DNA of 27,250 nt from Patescibacteria group bacterium (GTDB lineage Bacteria > Patescibacteriota > Patescibacteriia > Magasanikbacterales > GWA2-37-8): contig SCQK01000009.1 of assembly GCA_004321885.1 (NCBI GenBank), positions 1 through 27,250 of the forward strand. The letters run 5' to 3'. Each line of letters starts with the position of its first letter. Position 1 is the stretch's first letter. Shown piece by piece: positions 24,253 through 27,250 of the stretch. The notes beneath the pieces were generated by a model. It saw only the letters and a program-made list of their open reading frames with translations. It was not told the origin of the DNA and made no database searches. A program made the position numbers and the translations under genes.

Positions 24253-25215
24253 TTATTTCCTTCCTCTCTTCACCCGAATAAGCCCCCCGCAGGGCACTAC
24301 TTCCACTCCGCGCTTTTCCAGCTCGTCCAAAAACAAATTCATGCCCAGCGAATCCGAGGAAATATGCCCGGCAATGACCACGTTCATGTGAAACTCGTTG
24401 GCCCGCTCCATCGCGTCGTCTTTCATGTGCATTCCGACAATCGTGCTAATGCCGGCGCGCGACAATTCCTGATAAACTTTATTAGACGGATTGGTGCCGC
24501 CGGTCATTTCCAGCAGATACTTGCCCACGCGATGCTTGGGGTTGCCGGTAAAAATCTTGGGTCCGGCCCCGCGCTTCTTTGCCTCGCGGTATTCGGGAAT
24601 CTCCAACAGGCACTTTAGTAAATCCCCGACTGTCTCGGGCTTTTTCTTTTTCAAAAAATCAGCCAAAAATTTATGCACCAAATTATCGGTGATGGTGTGC
24701 GCGTTCATCAGGCTCATGCCCAAAATACGGGCGACGTCTATAATCCGGTAATGATTGGCCGGGTGCACGCTGCGACCCACTTCTTTTATTCTTTCTTCCA
24801 TCAATTTTTCCGCGACATGAACTGGCATGCCCAACTCCTCATAGACCTCCACGGCCAAATCCATCACTCCGTGCAAACCAGCCAGCCCGCCGCCGATGGG
24901 ATGGTGCGCCAACACCAAATCAATCGGTTTGCCGCGTTCGCCCATTTGCGAGGCCAACAAAATCTCGCTAGCGCCGATATCAATGCCGGCCATCAGCCGT
25001 TTCACGCCGGTCTTGGGGTCGCCGCAATGAATACGGCTGTCGTCGTAGGGATTGAACAATTGCTCCGCGTCAAAATATTCTTTTTCATCGGGCTTCAAAC
25101 CGTTATACTCCTTTTCCACGCGCCCCAGATATTTTTCCACACCCTTGGGCCCGCGCGGGTCGGCCGCCGCGGCCATTTTCAACCCCAAAGCAAAAATTTG
25201 TCTAATAGTTAACAT
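24253..25215 (-). CDS. Nif3-family dinuclear metal-centre protein (DUF34/YqfO-like)
   Basis: 'DLVLAHHPIGG' and 'VVIAGHISSD' metal-ligand motifs, with characteristic length. Confidence 0.75.
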   Translation of the reverse strand: MLTIRQIFALGLKMAAAADPRGPKGVEKYLGRVEKEYNGLKPDEKEYFDAEQLFNPYDDSRIHCGDPKTGVKRLMAGIDIGASEILLASQMGERGKPIDLVLAHHPIGGGLAGLHGVMDLAVEVYEELGMPVHVAEKLMEERIKEVGRSVHPANHYRIIDVARILGMSLMNAHTITDNLVHKFLADFLKKKKPETVGDLLKCLLEIPEYREAKKRGAGPKIFTGNPKHRVGKYLLEMTGGTNPSNKVYQELSRAGISTIVGMHMKDDAMERANEFHMNVVIAGHISSDSLGMNLFLDELEKRGVEVVPCGGLIRVKRGRK

Positions 25216-25233
25216 AATATGTACCTAACTTTT

Positions 25234-25270
25234 CTCTCCCCTTTATAAGGGGAGAGACAGAGAGGGGTAA
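25234..25270 (+). repeat. family B element upstream of nif3
   Basis: 'ctctcccc-tttataa-ggggagag-acagagaggggtaat'. Confidence 0.65.
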
Positions 25271-25313
25271 TTTAAAAATTATAATGCTTCAATATTATGT
25301 CAAACCGACGGGC

Positions 25314-25342
25314 TTGTCAAACCGGTGCCGGCCTGATATACT
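25314..25342 (+). promoter_or_regulatory. sigma70-like promoter TTGTCA, 17 nt, TATACT
   Basis: -35 at 25314-25319 and -10 at 25337-25342. Drives the small acidic ORF or RNA ending at the 25533 terminator. Confidence 0.5.
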
Positions 25343-25391
25343 ACACCATACTTTTCCCGCACCACTGCGGGTGAAAAATATATCTCTCAAA

Positions 25392-25520
25392 TATGTTGGA
25401 GAATATAAACACATTCGAAGACGACGAAGAAAATTTGGATAGCGAAGAGGAGGAAGAGGTGGATGGCGTCCCGAAACCTGGCAGTGATGAGGATGCGGAT
25501 GACGACGAAGACAGCATGTA
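25392..25520 (+). CDS. small (42 aa) extremely acidic ORF 'MLENINTFEDDEENLDSEEEEEVDGVPKPGSDEDADDDEDSM'
   Basis: Promoter upstream and intrinsic terminator downstream. No clear SD, so it could instead be a small RNA. Confidence 0.3.
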
Positions 25521-25523
25521 ATT

Positions 25524-25559
25524 AAAAAGAATCCCCGCCTTGGGCGGGGTTCTTTTTTT
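25524..25559. terminator. bidirectional intrinsic terminator CCCCGCC-ttg-GGCGGGG flanked by A-tract and T-tract
   Basis: 'aaaaagaatccccgccttgggcggggttcttttttt'. Serves the convergent small ORF (+) and efp (-). Confidence 0.7.
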
Positions 25560-26118
25560 ACGCTCTGGTGGAGTATTCGCCCGTTTCGGTATTTACCAGA
25601 ATCTCTTCGCCTTCTTTTATGAATATCGGGGCCTGAATTTTTAATCCGTTTTCCAAAGTGATTTCTTTGGTGACGTTGCCCGAAGCGCTGTCGCCCTTGA
25701 CCGCCGGCGGCGCGTCAATCACCTTGTATTGAATCTTTTTCGGTATCTGCGCGGAAACCGGCCGGCCCTCGTACAGCCCCACGACCACGTCTATCCCTTC
25801 TTTCAGATACTTGGCCTCGTCGCCGAGCAAATCGTTGTTCATCTCTATCTGCTCATAGGTGCTCATGTTCATGAAAGCGAAATTGGCGCCGCTTTTGTAC
25901 AAATACTGCATAGAATGAAACTCCACCTCCACGATATCCACGCTTTCGCTGGTTTTGTAGGTTATTTCAATCACCTTGCCCGAGGCCAAACTTTTCATCC
26001 GCACGCGCACAAAAGCCGCGCCCTTGCCAGGGTTGACGTGCTGAAAATCCACCACGACAAACAAATCATTCTGGTGCCTGATGACTACCCCTTTTCTGAT
26101 TTCGCTGGTAGGGGCCAT
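25558..26118 (-). CDS. efp: translation elongation factor P
   Basis: 'VDFQHVNPGKGAAFVRVRMK' (modifiable Lys in the PGKG loop). Three OB/KOW-like domains. 186 aa. Confidence 0.9.
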   Translation of the reverse strand: MAPTSEIRKGVVIRHQNDLFVVVDFQHVNPGKGAAFVRVRMKSLASGKVIEITYKTSESVDIVEVEFHSMQYLYKSGANFAFMNMSTYEQIEMNNDLLGDEAKYLKEGIDVVVGLYEGRPVSAQIPKKIQYKVIDAPPAVKGDSASGNVTKEITLENGLKIQAPIFIKEGEEILVNTETGEYSTRA

Positions 26119-26130
26119 AAAAAAACTCTA

Positions 26131-26241
26131 AATGTCAAAATCCAAATTTCCAATATCAAATCAATTTTTAATGTCAAATTTCAAATGTCCAATTTGACAT
26201 TTGGATTTTTGTCATTGATTTGACATTGGAAATTTGACATT
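26131..26241. repeat. array of 9-11-nt 'TTTGACATT' repeats: three in - orientation, then three or four in + orientation
   Basis: 'aatgtcaaa' at 26131, 26170 and 26184 (variant). 'tttgacatt' at 26193, 26218 and 26233. 'tttgtcatt' at 26207. Near-palindromic centre 'aaatgtccaatttgacattt'. Lies in the efp upstream region and runs into the epmA 3' end. Confidence 0.7.
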
Positions 26242-27234
26242 AATATTCTCTATTTGGTCTTTCACGCTTTGAAACATTACCTCGTTTATATCCCTGGCTC
26301 CGGTAAACAATAATACCATGCGGTCAACCCCCAAGGCAATACCGGCCATGTCTTGGCGCGCTGCCTCGGGCAAGCCGGCAATCGCGGCGATAAAATCCGG
26401 GTCAACGCCCCAAACCGGCTTGCCCGCCCCCAGCCGCTTGTTTTTGTCTTCCTCCAAACGCTTTTTTTGCTCGGCCGCGTCGGTCAGTTCGCCAAAGGCG
26501 TTGGCCAATTCCAAACCGCCAATATACAATTCAAACCTCTCGGCGTAACGTTGGTCATGTTCGCACAAACGATTGAGCGAGGTCATCTGCTGGGGATAAT
26601 CATACACAAAAACCGGCCACTCGGCGCCCAGCTTTGGTTCTATTTCATTCAAAAAAATCTTAAAAAACAAATCTTCATAGGCGTCGCGCGGGTCCGCGGC
26701 GAAACCGCGCGCCAAAACCAGCTCGCGCATTTTTTCCAGCTCCAAATATTCATCCAAATTCACGCCAAGATATTTTTGCCACACTTCTTTCATGCTTAGC
26801 CGGTCCCAAACCCCCTCCTTTATTCTCCCCCTTGGGAGAGGAAGTTGAGAAGCAACAAACTTAAACAAATTTTCCGTGTCGTCCATTATCTCGGTCAGGG
26901 TTCCGGGGGCGCGGTACCACTCAATCATGGTAAATTCGGTGTTGTGCGTGCGGCCAAACTCTTCGTAGTCGCGAAAAACCTTGCCAATTTCAAAAATTTT
27001 TTCATAACCCGCAGCCAACAATTTTTTCAAGCCGTATTCGGGCGAAGTGCGCAGATAAAATTGTTCGGTCACGCCGTTTGGAGCGTGGAAAACCGCTGAC
27101 ACCGGGTTCAAATACGGCTCCTGGCTGGCCAAACGCACAGCCACGGGCGTGTCGGTCTCCACAAAACCCGCGCGCCAAAAAAATTCCCGGATTAACTTTA
27201 TTATCTGAATTCGCGCGTCATATATCCCGCGCAA
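26212..27234 (-). CDS. epmA: EF-P lysine beta-lysyltransferase (class II lysyl-tRNA-synthetase-like, GenX/PoxA)
   Basis: 'TSPEYGLKKLLAAGYEKIFEIGKVFRDYEEFGRTHNTEFTMIEWYRA' (class II motifs 1 and 2), 'GVDRMVLL'. Directly upstream of efp. Contains an in-frame family B element. The last roughly 13 aa are encoded by the repeat array. Confidence 0.8.
   Translation of the reverse strand: MRGIYDARIQIIKLIREFFWRAGFVETDTPVAVRLASQEPYLNPVSAVFHAPNGVTEQFYLRTSPEYGLKKLLAAGYEKIFEIGKVFRDYEEFGRTHNTEFTMIEWYRAPGTLTEIMDDTENLFKFVASQLPLPRGRIKEGVWDRLSMKEVWQKYLGVNLDEYLELEKMRELVLARGFAADPRDAYEDLFFKIFLNEIEPKLGAEWPVFVYDYPQQMTSLNRLCEHDQRYAERFELYIGGLELANAFGELTDAAEQKKRLEEDKNKRLGAGKPVWGVDPDFIAAIAGLPEAARQDMAGIALGVDRMVLLFTGARDINEVMFQSVKDQIENINVKFPMSNQ
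26808..26846 (-). repeat. family B element in-frame in epmA (- orientation)
   Basis: - strand 'cctctccc-aag-ggggagaa-taaaggagggggt' encodes '[13 protein letters not shown]'. Same tail as the carB copy. Confidence 0.7.
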
Positions 27235-27250
27235 TCTTGGATTGTCTTTC

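Noticed and set aside
1-27250. CRISPR arrays, rRNA, and IS transposase or integrase genes
   Set aside because: Repeats present are palindromic hairpin elements without regular repeat-spacer periodicity. No transposase-like or integrase-like ORF was recognised.

Overview
The window holds a pyrimidine-biosynthesis supercluster on the + strand: gatB, an attenuator-like leader, carA, carB, pyrB, pyrI, pyrC, an OTC-family paralog, pyrD, pyrK, a GC-rich inserted island, a class II Fic gene, pyrE and a eukaryote-type (URA3-like) pyrF. To its left lies an AT-rich SNF2-helicase/SAM-methyltransferase fusion gene, open at the window start. This is followed by a GC-rich coiled-coil hypothetical and then, on the - strand, an ECF sigma gene, a DUF4349-like membrane protein and a tRNA-like remnant region. 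To the right, on the - strand, are ruvA, a hypothetical, nif3, efp and epmA, plus a tiny acidic ORF on the + strand. The most unusual property is dense colonisation by two families of small palindromic elements. Family A starts 'TGTCATTSC' with a hairpin. Family B is a 'CCYCCCC-loop-GGGGRGG' hairpin followed by a Shine-Dalgarno-like 'AGGAGGGGGTA/GGGTGGGGT' tail. Both sit precisely between genes, where they supply stop codons or RBSs, and both are also inserted in-frame inside essential genes (carA, carB, pyrC, pyrK, epmA) without breaking the reading frames. gatB carries an in-frame GC palindrome of a different kind. Other notable structures are a MITE-like element with 21-bp perfect inverted termini between pyrC and the OTC paralog, an array of TTTGACATT repeats upstream of efp, three TGCGCGATT direct repeats at the fic promoter, and two tandem promoter-structured RNA-terminator units next to the tRNA-like remnant. 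Base composition is strongly mosaic, at roughly 37% GC in gene 1, about 50% in the pyr genes and about 60% in the two inserted hypotheticals. No CRISPR array or rRNA was seen. The organism may be an uncultivated small-genome bacterium, but that is an impression only. All calls are from reading the sequence and no database search was run.
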